A DNA stretch of 33,660 bases from a virus (IMGVR_UViG_3300032225_000079:1-33660), one strand, 5' to 3'; shown: positions 8,645-15,896, numbered from the stretch's first letter. Made by a program: numbers and translations. Notes: generated from the letters alone by a model not told the origin.

Positions 8645-9265
8645 ATGAAAATTACGCTCAAAACTTCTACACTTCGTGCCGCATTGATCTGCGCAGCAAA
8701 AAAAGACATTCGCTACTATTTGCAAGGTATTTGCATTTCAATAAATAACCCTGACGTTGCTATGGTTTACGGCACTGACGGGAAAATTCTCTTTGCAGGT
8801 CAATCACCTATTGAAGTGATTGAAGCGCCTCAAAATTACGGGTTTAACATCATTGTCCCTTATGAAACTATAAAGGCCATTGATAAAAAATCAGAATTTA
8901 TCGATCTTGAAACTATTGAAGGTGGTGCAAAGGACTATTATTTACTTGGTGATGCCCGTTTTCAGGCCATTGATGCCCGTTTTCCTGACATTTCCCGTGT
9001 AGTTCCTGCCCGTGATGCCTTTTCAGAACAATCAATTAGTTATTTTGACCCTGAATTGTTGGTGAAAGGTAATGAGGCACTTGCCATGTATTACGGCACT
9101 AAAAAAGGAAATGTTTTCCCATTACATCAAAGAGGCGACAGTTCAGGTGCAATCCATAATAATCAAAACGATGCCGTTGTTGTTGTCATGCCAATGCGGA
9201 ATGACCCAGGCACTTATCAAGGCTTAAACCCTGATTTTATGCAAGTGCAACAAAAGGCAGCTTAA
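8645..9265 (+). CDS. DNA polymerase III beta-clamp homologue, domains II-III only, 206 aa
   Basis: DIRYYLQG, GTDGKIL, IIVP, IDARFPDISRVVP and VVMPMR parallel DnaN DVRYYLNG, ATDGHRL, VIVP, VDGRFPDYRRVLP and VVMPMR; RBS AGGTG. Confidence 0.8.
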   Translation: MKITLKTSTLRAALICAAKKDIRYYLQGICISINNPDVAMVYGTDGKILFAGQSPIEVIEAPQNYGFNIIVPYETIKAIDKKSEFIDLETIEGGAKDYYLLGDARFQAIDARFPDISRVVPARDAFSEQSISYFDPELLVKGNEALAMYYGTKKGNVFPLHQRGDSSGAIHNNQNDAVVVVMPMRNDPGTYQGLNPDFMQVQQKAA

Positions 9266-9341
9266 TTTCAGACTGCAAAGCCTCTTTTTAGGGGTTTTGT
9301 GGCCTGCAATTCGCAGGGTTCAATATTTTTTAAGGTTCAAC

Positions 9342-9656
9342 ATGAAAACAACTGTTTACTTTTCAGAATTCTGCGATTATTTCCGCAAAATCCGTCCTGA
9401 CAATTTCTCTTATCAGGGATTACGAAGCCTTTTTGATTATTTAGAGGACATAGACCCAGATTTTGAATTAGATGTCATTGCCATTTGTTGCGATTTTAGC
9501 GAAGACTCTTTTGAGAACATTGCAGATCAATATGGCATCGAATTAGACCCTGAAATGGACGAAGATTACCAAAAACAGCAAGTAATCGAGCACCTAGAAG
9601 GTGAAGGGGCTTATGTAGGTGATTCGATAAATGGCATCGTTTATCGGGTTTTTTAA
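9342..9656 (+). CDS. Acidic hypothetical protein, 104 aa
   Basis: RBS AAGGT; 25 D/E versus 7 K/R by hand count. Confidence 0.75.
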   Translation: MKTTVYFSEFCDYFRKIRPDNFSYQGLRSLFDYLEDIDPDFELDVIAICCDFSEDSFENIADQYGIELDPEMDEDYQKQQVIEHLEGEGAYVGDSINGIVYRVF

Positions 9657-9706
9657 TGATTTATGCAATCTTTGCCCTAATTTTACGAATACTCTCAAAA
9701 CGATAA
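9656..9706 (+). CDS. Putative 16-aa hydrophobic peptide MIYAIFALILRILSKR
   Basis: TAATG coupling to the upstream stop; ends 3 nt before the terminator. Confidence 0.4.
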   Translation: MIYAIFALILRILSKR

Positions 9707-9709
9707 CCT

Positions 9710-9734
9710 AAAGCCCTCTTCGGAGGGTTTTTTT
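9710..9734 (+). terminator. Rho-independent terminator
   Basis: aaagccctc-TTCG-gagggtttt then T-run; lies between convergent genes. Confidence 0.85.
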
Positions 9735-9775
9735 ACGTTTGGCATAGTTGGTATTCCCAAGCCTTAAAAAACGGC

Positions 9776-10066
9776 TTAAAAGGGGATTTTAGTGCTTTTG
9801 GTGGGCATTTCCTCGCACAATCTGCGAATGGTCTCATTCAGTGCGTCTATTTCTTCCATTTTGTTGATAGCCCATGCCCTTCGTTGACCATGCCAGCCCA
9901 TTACTGGATTGCGATGGCAATCTACACAAAGGGCAATGCAAGTGTATTGAAGCCCTTGTTTGTAATGGTGGGCTTCGCTTGGCCCTGATGCTTCACAAAC
10001 TGAACACGGGAGATTTTTAACCCTTGCAAGGTGCAATCTCTCTTTAGCGTTCAATTTGTTGTTCAA
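9776..10066 (-). CDS. Zn-binding HNH-like nuclease (DUF968/Ref-like), 96 aa
   Basis: LPCSVC...EAHH...IALCVDCH; TTG start overlapping the upstream TGA. Confidence 0.65.
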   Translation of the reverse strand: MNNKLNAKERLHLARVKNLPCSVCEASGPSEAHHYKQGLQYTCIALCVDCHRNPVMGWHGQRRAWAINKMEEIDALNETIRRLCEEMPTKSTKIPF

Positions 10067-10386
10067 GTGGTGGCCTTCATTTCCATGCGGGCACTATATT
10101 GCTCGGTTCTCCAGACCTCGATCCTTGCCTGTGCTGCCGTCATAAGCCAGCGAAAACGCTCTTCACGCTCTACGGCTTCCCTTATTCCTTCTAAGATTTC
10201 AATGTAATCTTGGTGAGCATAAGCGAAGGTTTCTTGTTTTCCAAGAACTTCAGTTCCCGCTTGGCTTGCCAATTGAGCTTTACGGGATTTCCTGAATTCT
10301 TCTAAGTAAATTCGGTCTGCCTTGGCTTTGGCATACAGTGGCGCAGTGTCGATTAGGTATTGAATTGCCTTGGTGGGTTCGTTCAT
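10063..10386 (-). CDS. Hypothetical helical protein, 107 aa (MNEPTKAIQY...)
   Basis: Start/stop overlaps at both ends; start placed at ATG 10386. Confidence 0.7.
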   Translation of the reverse strand: MNEPTKAIQYLIDTAPLYAKAKADRIYLEEFRKSRKAQLASQAGTEVLGKQETFAYAHQDYIEILEGIREAVEREERFRWLMTAAQARIEVWRTEQYSARMEMKATT

Positions 10387-10610
10387 GCTTGTCCCCTTGC
10401 TCGGATGGCAAGTGAACACGCTCTTGCGCCCTCCATCCAAATTGACTTGCCTTGCATCTGTGCAATACAGACCTCTGCACACGCCTCACGCTCATGCTGT
10501 GCTACTAGCTCAACAAAGGCTACAACTTTTTCAAATGCTTCAGGGCTGATGTATTGCAAATAATCCATGCCCGCCTGTCTAGCCATCTCAATGATTTCAT
10601 CTCTAGTCAT
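10383..10610 (-). CDS. Small phage protein with EREACA motif, 75 aa
   Basis: MTRDEIIEMARQAG...HEREACA...AIRARG; coupled in operon. Confidence 0.7.
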   Translation of the reverse strand: MTRDEIIEMARQAGMDYLQYISPEAFEKVVAFVELVAQHEREACAEVCIAQMQGKSIWMEGARACSLAIRARGQA

Positions 10611-10689
10611 ACCAAAACCTTAGTAAAACAAGAACTCCAGCCCAAAAAGCAGTAAGTGCGACAAGAATCATTTGCCATGCCTTGCTCAT
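10603..10689 (-). CDS. Single-TM micro-protein, 28 aa (MSKAWQMILVALTAFWAGVLVLLRFWYD)
   Basis: ATGA coupling; fills the gap between neighbouring genes. Confidence 0.5.
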   Translation of the reverse strand: MSKAWQMILVALTAFWAGVLVLLRFWYD

Positions 10690-10922
10690 ACGTCCTCGGT
10701 CTTGTAGTTGAGTTTGTGATGTTGGAAGCGCATTGCCGCCTCACACTCCATTTCTTTGAATTGTTCGTCAGAGAATAGCCCTATGACATTGCGTCCTTCA
10801 AACCAAACTTCACGAATGGACTCGTTATAGGTTGAGTCTTCGTCTGATTCGTACTCATAGACTACTGTCACCACTTCGATACCAGCACCTACTGTTGTGT
10901 CAAATTCCCAAGTTGATTCCAT
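10686..10922 (-). CDS. Acidic hypothetical protein, 78 aa
   Basis: Strong RBS AGGAG; has its own promoter. Confidence 0.75.
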   Translation of the reverse strand: MESTWEFDTTVGAGIEVVTVVYEYESDEDSTYNESIREVWFEGRNVIGLFSDEQFKEMECEAAMRFQHHKLNYKTEDV

Positions 10923-10945
10923 GATTCACTCCTGTTAAAAATTAA

Positions 10946-10988
10946 ATCTTACCTAATTATTTGTGTAATACCATAGGGATTTACCCTA
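10946..10988 (-). promoter_or_regulatory. Palindromic site plus -10 (leftward promoter)
   Basis: TAGGGTAAATCCCTA (10988-10974), 22-bp gap, TAAGAT (10951-10946). Confidence 0.6.
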
Positions 10989-11828
10989 ATCTCCGCAAAA
11001 ACAAGCAATTCCCTCTTCATCTTTGTCAAACATATCTGTCTGAGCCAAGGCATATTTGTGCATTTCTGCATAACTTGGGCGGTCTTTGCGGAACTTTGCC
11101 CCGTCTCCATAGGTTTTATTGGAGCTATTGGCGTGGGCTTCCATTTTCATCCACCACAAAGCCCTTTCGGGTTTTTCTTGGATCAGGGACTGAATCTGGT
11201 GCGCTGGCTTTAAAAAGCACAAATCGCAATTGCCATGCATCGTTACCCCATTGTTGTTTGGCAACTTTAGGTCAAATGCATGGCTTTTCCAAAACGCTCC
11301 AACGTGTTCTTTGGTAATTCCTGCCGCCACCAAAGGTGTTCTGCTTCTGTCAATCTTGGCTGCCCTTCTTTGTTCGTCTGCCCGAATGCCCACCCAGTCC
11401 ATGTTTTCGTTGTGCTTCCACCCCAAAGACTTCAAAAAGTGGTGGATAACTCGAATCTTCATGTTGATTGTGCAGATTCTGGCAACTGGATTTGGCAGGT
11501 ATGGCTTGCCGTTTTGGTTAATTGAGTCAAAGAAAGGCTCGCCATCACGACTTGCCGTCTCAAAATTAACCACTCTGAACCTATCTTTTGGGGTTTCATG
11601 GGCTTTGTACTCAAGCCAATTTATCTTGACACACCAATTTGTCTCGCAATCATGGACAAACTCCAAAGTCTCCTCGCACTCCTTGCCTGTATTGGCAAAA
11701 CACACGATTGCTTCGGGCGGGAGGCTCATGTCGTGAGCCTGTAGGATGCGGTAAAGCATATAAGCCGATGTTCTGCCTCCAGAGAAGCTGATGCAAGTTG
11801 GCTCGATAATCTTAAATGGGTTGCTCAT
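10986..11828 (-). CDS. PAPS reductase-like PP-loop enzyme, 280 aa
   Basis: SFSGGRTS, FANTGKE, RICT, GIRADEQRR, GNCDLCF, terminal CFCGD. Confidence 0.85.
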   Translation of the reverse strand: MSNPFKIIEPTCISFSGGRTSAYMLYRILQAHDMSLPPEAIVCFANTGKECEETLEFVHDCETNWCVKINWLEYKAHETPKDRFRVVNFETASRDGEPFFDSINQNGKPYLPNPVARICTINMKIRVIHHFLKSLGWKHNENMDWVGIRADEQRRAAKIDRSRTPLVAAGITKEHVGAFWKSHAFDLKLPNNNGVTMHGNCDLCFLKPAHQIQSLIQEKPERALWWMKMEAHANSSNKTYGDGAKFRKDRPSYAEMHKYALAQTDMFDKDEEGIACFCGD

Positions 11829-12091
11829 TTGACTACTCCAATCATTCGTAACGCCGCTTCAGGATTGTCAATCCTTGCCAATGTGCCACCAGACCAATTC
11901 TCAAAAAAGTCTGTTTGCAGCTTAGTAAATCGTTTTTTAGAGTTTGTTTTGATCTCAACCACAAAAGTGTGACCCTTGTATCCCACCAGTAAATCCACTG
12001 GTAAGCCAATAATCCAGACATAAGCACCTGCGGCTCTCAATGCAGATACGATTTGCTCTTGGTTAGCATCAACTCTGGCTGCTCTTCTCAT
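11825..12091 (-). CDS. VRR-NUC (PD-(D/E)xK) nuclease, possible resolvase, 88 aa
   Basis: RVDANQ...PVDLLVG...VEIK...LQ. Confidence 0.8.
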   Translation of the reverse strand: MRRAARVDANQEQIVSALRAAGAYVWIIGLPVDLLVGYKGHTFVVEIKTNSKKRFTKLQTDFFENWSGGTLARIDNPEAALRMIGVVK

Positions 12092-12284
12092 TTCGTATCC
12101 TTGTCATTCTGTCCCTCAAAAGCAAAGTATCTGACTTTCCTCTGATTCGTTCCAAGTCCACGCACACTCCCTGCCACCAGAGCAACGCTTTGCTTGATCC
12201 AATCATCGATTTCTTTTGGTTGTACCTGCGTATCCACTCTAGGGCTTCGCAATTCTTGAAGTGTTCTAATTCTGCTGGAGTCAT
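12069..12284 (-). CDS. Hypothetical protein, 71 aa (alternative frame 12088..12306)
   Basis: Protein-like amphipathic helices (CEALEWIRRY); two overlapping frames compete. Confidence 0.5.
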   Translation of the reverse strand: MTPAELEHFKNCEALEWIRRYNQKKSMIGSSKALLWWQGVCVDLERIRGKSDTLLLRDRMTRIRNEKSSQS

Positions 12285-12302
12285 TTGTAGGCCATTGAAA
12301 GT

Positions 12303-13073
12303 TCATGCTTTTTTCCGATAAGCGTTAAGAATTGCTCGTTCTTCTGGAGTTGGAGGACGAGTTACTTTTTCATCTGCTTTAATTTTCTCAAGAGCAGGGT
12401 CAGGCTCATTTGATGACGCAACAGTGAGCCTCACCTTGTCGGCAGGGTTTGGCTTAACGATCCACTCTGCTTTTAAACCTTGGCTACCTCGGCTACACCA
12501 TTCAGCCAAAAACTTCTCCAAAGGCCAACCAAGTATCTTTGCTTCAGCAATAGCACCATTTAAAACAGTTTTGGTAATCGGTGCTTTTTTGCTTTTACGA
12601 AGGGCTACCCAATCACCCCAAATTTGTTGAGAAACATCTGGTGGGCAAGCAACGACAGTTGTGCTCTCTCTCTTTGGTTTATGGTTAGTGGTTAGTGGTT
12701 CTTGGTTAGGTGGAGCTTCGTCTACGGCTTGTACACGATTCGTGCGATTCTCTCTACGCTTTGCTTCTCTTTCATCAGCGATTCGTTTATTTGTGTCGGA
12801 ATTTTTCTGATAATTAAGTAGCTCATCAAGTATCCTTTCTTGCACATAGCATCCATCTTTATCAAGCAAAAAGAATCTACTTAAAACAAACTTAACGGCC
12901 TCAATCTCAGCTTCTGTTGAAGCCCAAGTCCATTCAAGTGCTTGCTCTAGTGTTGGGAAGATTTCTCGGTCATAGCACGAATCAATTAGAAGCGTGTACG
13001 CTCCGTGTTGAAGCATCGTTAGACGGCCTGCTTTCTTGGCATAGTCGCCAAGATTTCTCTTGTAGTAATGCAT
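12303..13073 (-). CDS. DUF1376/YdaU-family replication initiation protein, 256 aa
   Basis: MHYYKRNLGDY...HGAYTLLID..Y N-terminus, NQEPLTTNH linker, C-terminal WGDWVALRKSKKAPIT domain. Confidence 0.8.
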   Translation of the reverse strand: MHYYKRNLGDYAKKAGRLTMLQHGAYTLLIDSCYDREIFPTLEQALEWTWASTEAEIEAVKFVLSRFFLLDKDGCYVQERILDELLNYQKNSDTNKRIADEREAKRRENRTNRVQAVDEAPPNQEPLTTNHKPKRESTTVVACPPDVSQQIWGDWVALRKSKKAPITKTVLNGAIAEAKILGWPLEKFLAEWCSRGSQGLKAEWIVKPNPADKVRLTVASSNEPDPALEKIKADEKVTRPPTPEERAILNAYRKKA

Positions 13074-13182
13074 ACAATTTCCACTTTATAAACCACTTAA
13101 AAGCAAAGAAACTGCGGCAGGGGAGAAAGTGGGAACCCTTTTCAGCTTGGGAGCAACCCCAAACCTAGCCGTGTTTCAAAAT

Positions 13183-13191
13183 ATTGTATCA
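13183..13191 (-). promoter_or_regulatory. Extended -10 promoter for the replication operon
   Basis: TGATACAAT on the minus strand, about 110 bp upstream of ATG 13073. Confidence 0.55.
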
Positions 13192-13557
13192 AATAAATTG
13201 ATTGTTGGTAATTCCATTTGCAACTGGTCTGCCAAGCAATCTGACAGCTTGGGCGTTCATCACCGCATACTCAGCCTTGGTAAAGATGCCTCTAGCGTTC
13301 CTAATGTCAAAAGGATTTAGTTTGTTTAAAGGCGCATCATTGGCGGCCTCTGTAGCAGTAATCATGTGTTCAGCAAGGGTATATCTCATTATCCAAGAAC
13401 GTCCAATCTTAATCTTTTCAGCCGTAACTTGCTTCTTACGAATCATTTTCTTGCAAGCAGCAACAAGAGAAGTCCTTGGGATGCCCGTCAGATTCTCCAT
13501 GTCATAGGAAGTTAGCGATCCATTTTGCAGACATTTGATGATGGATTCTTGGGTCAT
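13189..13557 (-). CDS. Winged-helix DNA-binding protein, 122 aa
   Basis: IIKCLQNGSLTSYDMENLTGIPRTSLVAACKKM HTH-like segment with wing; ATGA-coupled start 13557. Confidence 0.6.
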   Translation of the reverse strand: MTQESIIKCLQNGSLTSYDMENLTGIPRTSLVAACKKMIRKKQVTAEKIKIGRSWIMRYTLAEHMITATEAANDAPLNKLNPFDIRNARGIFTKAEYAVMNAQAVRLLGRPVANGITNNQFI

Positions 13558-13733
13558 TGATAAAGTTCCTGGATATTGATGGGGCGGTTTATGTGGTTTT
13601 CTAGTGTTCTGCAAAGCAAAGCTACAACTGCGGCATTGAAGTCCTCTGGTTCGGTTACATAAGCAGTTGCCATTGTGATTGCGTAATCAAGCAATGTCTC
13701 AGCGCACTTTTGTTCAATTTGTTCGATGTTCAT
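13554..13733 (-). CDS. Hypothetical protein, 59 aa (MNIEQIEQKC...), probably leaderless
   Basis: ATGA-coupled to the next gene; ATG 6 nt after a -10; not in the ORF track. Confidence 0.6.
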   Translation of the reverse strand: MNIEQIEQKCAETLLDYAITMATAYVTEPEDFNAAVVALLCRTLENHINRPINIQELYQ

Positions 13734-13739
13734 GCCAGA

Positions 13740-13812
13740 ATAATAGTGTTGTTTTTTTTACTGTCAATTAGGGTTTATCCCTATATAAAAGGCTAAAAAT
13801 GTATGGCACATT
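13740..13812. promoter_or_regulatory. Divergent promoter pair around palindrome TAGGGTTTATCCCTA (13769-13783)
   Basis: Leftward TTGACA-16-TATTAT (13767-13740); rightward TG-G-CACATT (13807-13812), 23 bp from the palindrome. Confidence 0.6.
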
Positions 13813-13948
13813 AAAGGTGTTGAGCAACTCTCTGTGCGAAGTCCATCGTGCTAAAAAGTTGCAATGAAGTGCTGGCTCAACAAGTGTGTTAAAGCATTAA
13901 ACAGTGAATTGCAAAAACGGACATTTTAATAAACTAACAGGAGTAAAT

Positions 13949-14131
13949 ATGAAAACATTGTTTCAACAGTACCAAGACCAATTTGCAGATATTTTATACT
14001 GCTGTTATTGCTTGGAACCAAAAGGCGAAAGCTATAGTTGTTGTGATGAGAACCACTTTATCGAGTTTAAAAACTTGTATATTGAGGATCAAAAAGAAAT
14101 CATCGAAGCTGAATTAGATCAAAATACTTAA
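13949..14131 (+). CDS. Small Cys-rich protein, 60 aa
   Basis: RBS AGGAG; YCCYC...SCCDENH. Confidence 0.7.
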   Translation: MKTLFQQYQDQFADILYCCYCLEPKGESYSCCDENHFIEFKNLYIEDQKEIIEAELDQNT

Positions 14132-14140
14132 GGAAAAATC

Positions 14141-14761
14141 ATGGGTGTACATAAAAAGTTAATGGCAGCAAGAATGAGTTTGCAAGAAGCGCCACTCAAA
14201 AAGTCTGGTCACAACAAGTTTGCTGGTTACAGCTATTTTGAGCTTGGTGACTTTATCCCCACAATTACTGAGATTTTTTATAATATCGGTTTGTGCGGTG
14301 TAGTGTCATTTGACAAGGATCTGGCTACTCTATGTATCACAGATACAGAAGATGGCTCTCAGATCGTTCTGACAAGCCCTATGGCAGAAGCCAATCTAAA
14401 AGGTTGCCATCCTATCCAGAACCTTGGTGCGGTAGAAACATATACCAGGCGCTATCTCTGGGTGTCAGCAATGGAGATTGTTGAGCACGATGCCCTAGAT
14501 TCTTCTGCTCCATTGAAGGAAGAAAAGCAAGCCCCTGTGATTACACCAACTCAGGGTGCAATGGATAATATTCCCCCAGAGGAAGTGCAATATTTGCAAG
14601 AAATGGCAGTTGATTTGATTGCCACTTGTGAGCAAGGTGATCCCAAGTCAGCTTGGGATAAGTTGGAGGGAGAGAACTTAGACGATCAACAAAAGATTGC
14701 CTTGTGGACACTCCTACCTAGTAAAGTGCGTTCAGCGTTAAAGAAAGCAAAGGAAATCTAA
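14141..14761 (+). CDS. erf: ERF-family single-strand annealing protein
   Basis: KKSGHNKFAGYSYFEL and LGAVETYTRRY signature. Confidence 0.85.
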   Translation: MGVHKKLMAARMSLQEAPLKKSGHNKFAGYSYFELGDFIPTITEIFYNIGLCGVVSFDKDLATLCITDTEDGSQIVLTSPMAEANLKGCHPIQNLGAVETYTRRYLWVSAMEIVEHDALDSSAPLKEEKQAPVITPTQGAMDNIPPEEVQYLQEMAVDLIATCEQGDPKSAWDKLEGENLDDQQKIALWTLLPSKVRSALKKAKEI

Positions 14762-14995
14762 ATGGAAAAGCGTGATAACTCAGGTGTGTTGTTCAAGAAT
14801 GACAAAAAGGAATCAGAAAAACACCCTGATTACAAAGGGAACATTACTGTAAATGGTCAGGATTTCTGGCTATCTGCATGGATCAAAGAGGGCAAAGGTG
14901 GTAAGTTCATGGGTTTAGCTCTGTCTCCCAAGGATGAAGCACCGCTTCGAGCGCCACCAAAGCCCAAGTTTGATGACTTGGATATGCCTTTTTGA
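14762..14995 (+). CDS. Small single-stranded DNA-binding protein, 77 aa
   Basis: KHPDYKG...LSAW OB-like core, acidic DDLDMPF tail, follows ERF. Confidence 0.7.
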   Translation: MEKRDNSGVLFKNDKKESEKHPDYKGNITVNGQDFWLSAWIKEGKGGKFMGLALSPKDEAPLRAPPKPKFDDLDMPF

Positions 14996-15079
14996 GTTAA
15001 TATAAACCCGAGGGGAGAGCTGTGCAAAGACTTTTCAGGCTTGCGGACGAGCAGTTTTCCCCTCACCCAATAGGAGTGA

Positions 15080-15415
15080 ATGATGAATGATATTTTTGGC
15101 AACATGAAGCAGTCAATGGAGAGATTCTTTGGTACTGAGCCATTTAAGTTGGTCAGAAACCAAGACCCTACAACGAGCCATCAGGCGGCTCAAGCAGTTG
15201 ATACCACCAAGCTAGAGAAAATGGTCTACGAGGCCATTAAGAACTTCCCAGATGGGTGTATCTCAGATGAGATACTAGAGAAGTACCCTCAATATTCATA
15301 TTCCTCAATAACAGCAAGATATCGTGCTTTGTTAGACAAGGGATTGATTGAAGTCTCAGGTGTCAAACGTGGCAAGTTTGGCAGAAATCAGAGAATTATG
15401 AAGGCGAAAAAATGA
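15080..15415 (+). CDS. Winged-helix DNA-binding protein, 111 aa
   Basis: RNQDPTTSHQAA, SDEI...SSITARYRALLDKGLIE...GRNQRI; RBS AGGAG. Confidence 0.7.
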   Translation: MMNDIFGNMKQSMERFFGTEPFKLVRNQDPTTSHQAAQAVDTTKLEKMVYEAIKNFPDGCISDEILEKYPQYSYSSITARYRALLDKGLIEVSGVKRGKFGRNQRIMKAKK

Positions 15416-15591
15416 TTGAACTACCACCCCATTCGAAGATCAGTTATCCATCTATGCCAAACAAGGAATTTAAATGGTCATCTGGCTCAGACGTTCAAGC
15501 CATTTGGAGAAAGTTTGGTTGGAATCCACCAAGTGAGAAGATGCTTCCACCACCACCCGAGAAAATTACAGAGTTAAGGAGAGTGAGATGA
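15412..15591 (+). CDS. Hypothetical protein, 59 aa (...SDVQAIWRKFGWNPPSE...)
   Basis: ATGA overlaps at both ends. Confidence 0.6.
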   Translation: MIELPPHSKISYPSMPNKEFKWSSGSDVQAIWRKFGWNPPSEKMLPPPPEKITELRRVR

Positions 15592-15896
15592 GTTATGCCG
15601 ATATAGAAATAAAGATAATCCAATGGGCAGAAGCCCGAAAGATTATTCCTAATAGCAACCCAGAGTCTCAGCTACTCAAGGCTGTCTCTGAAATAGGAGA
15701 ACTAGCAGATGCCACGATTAAAAAAGACAGAGAAGCTATTGTGGATTCTGTTGGTGATGTCATGGTCTGTCTTATCAATTACTGCGCTCTTCAAGACATC
15801 AATCTGGTAGACTGTATGGAAGTTGCGTACGATCAGATTAAGAATCGGAAGGGCATACTATTGCCCAACGGAGTGTTCCAGAAGACACTTGACTGA
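15588..15896 (+). CDS. mazG: MazG-like NTP pyrophosphohydrolase, 102 aa
   Basis: KAVSEIGELA...IVDSVGD acidic tetrad; IKNRKG...NGVF. Confidence 0.85.
   Translation: MSYADIEIKIIQWAEARKIIPNSNPESQLLKAVSEIGELADATIKKDREAIVDSVGDVMVCLINYCALQDINLVDCMEVAYDQIKNRKGILLPNGVFQKTLD

Noticed and set aside
10961-11736. Plus-strand ORFs opposite the PAPS-reductase-like gene
   Set aside because: Antisense shadows
10986-11828. Auxiliary sulfur-metabolism gene cysH
   Set aside because: Lacks the CysH C-terminal ECG(L/I)H motif; the context is replication
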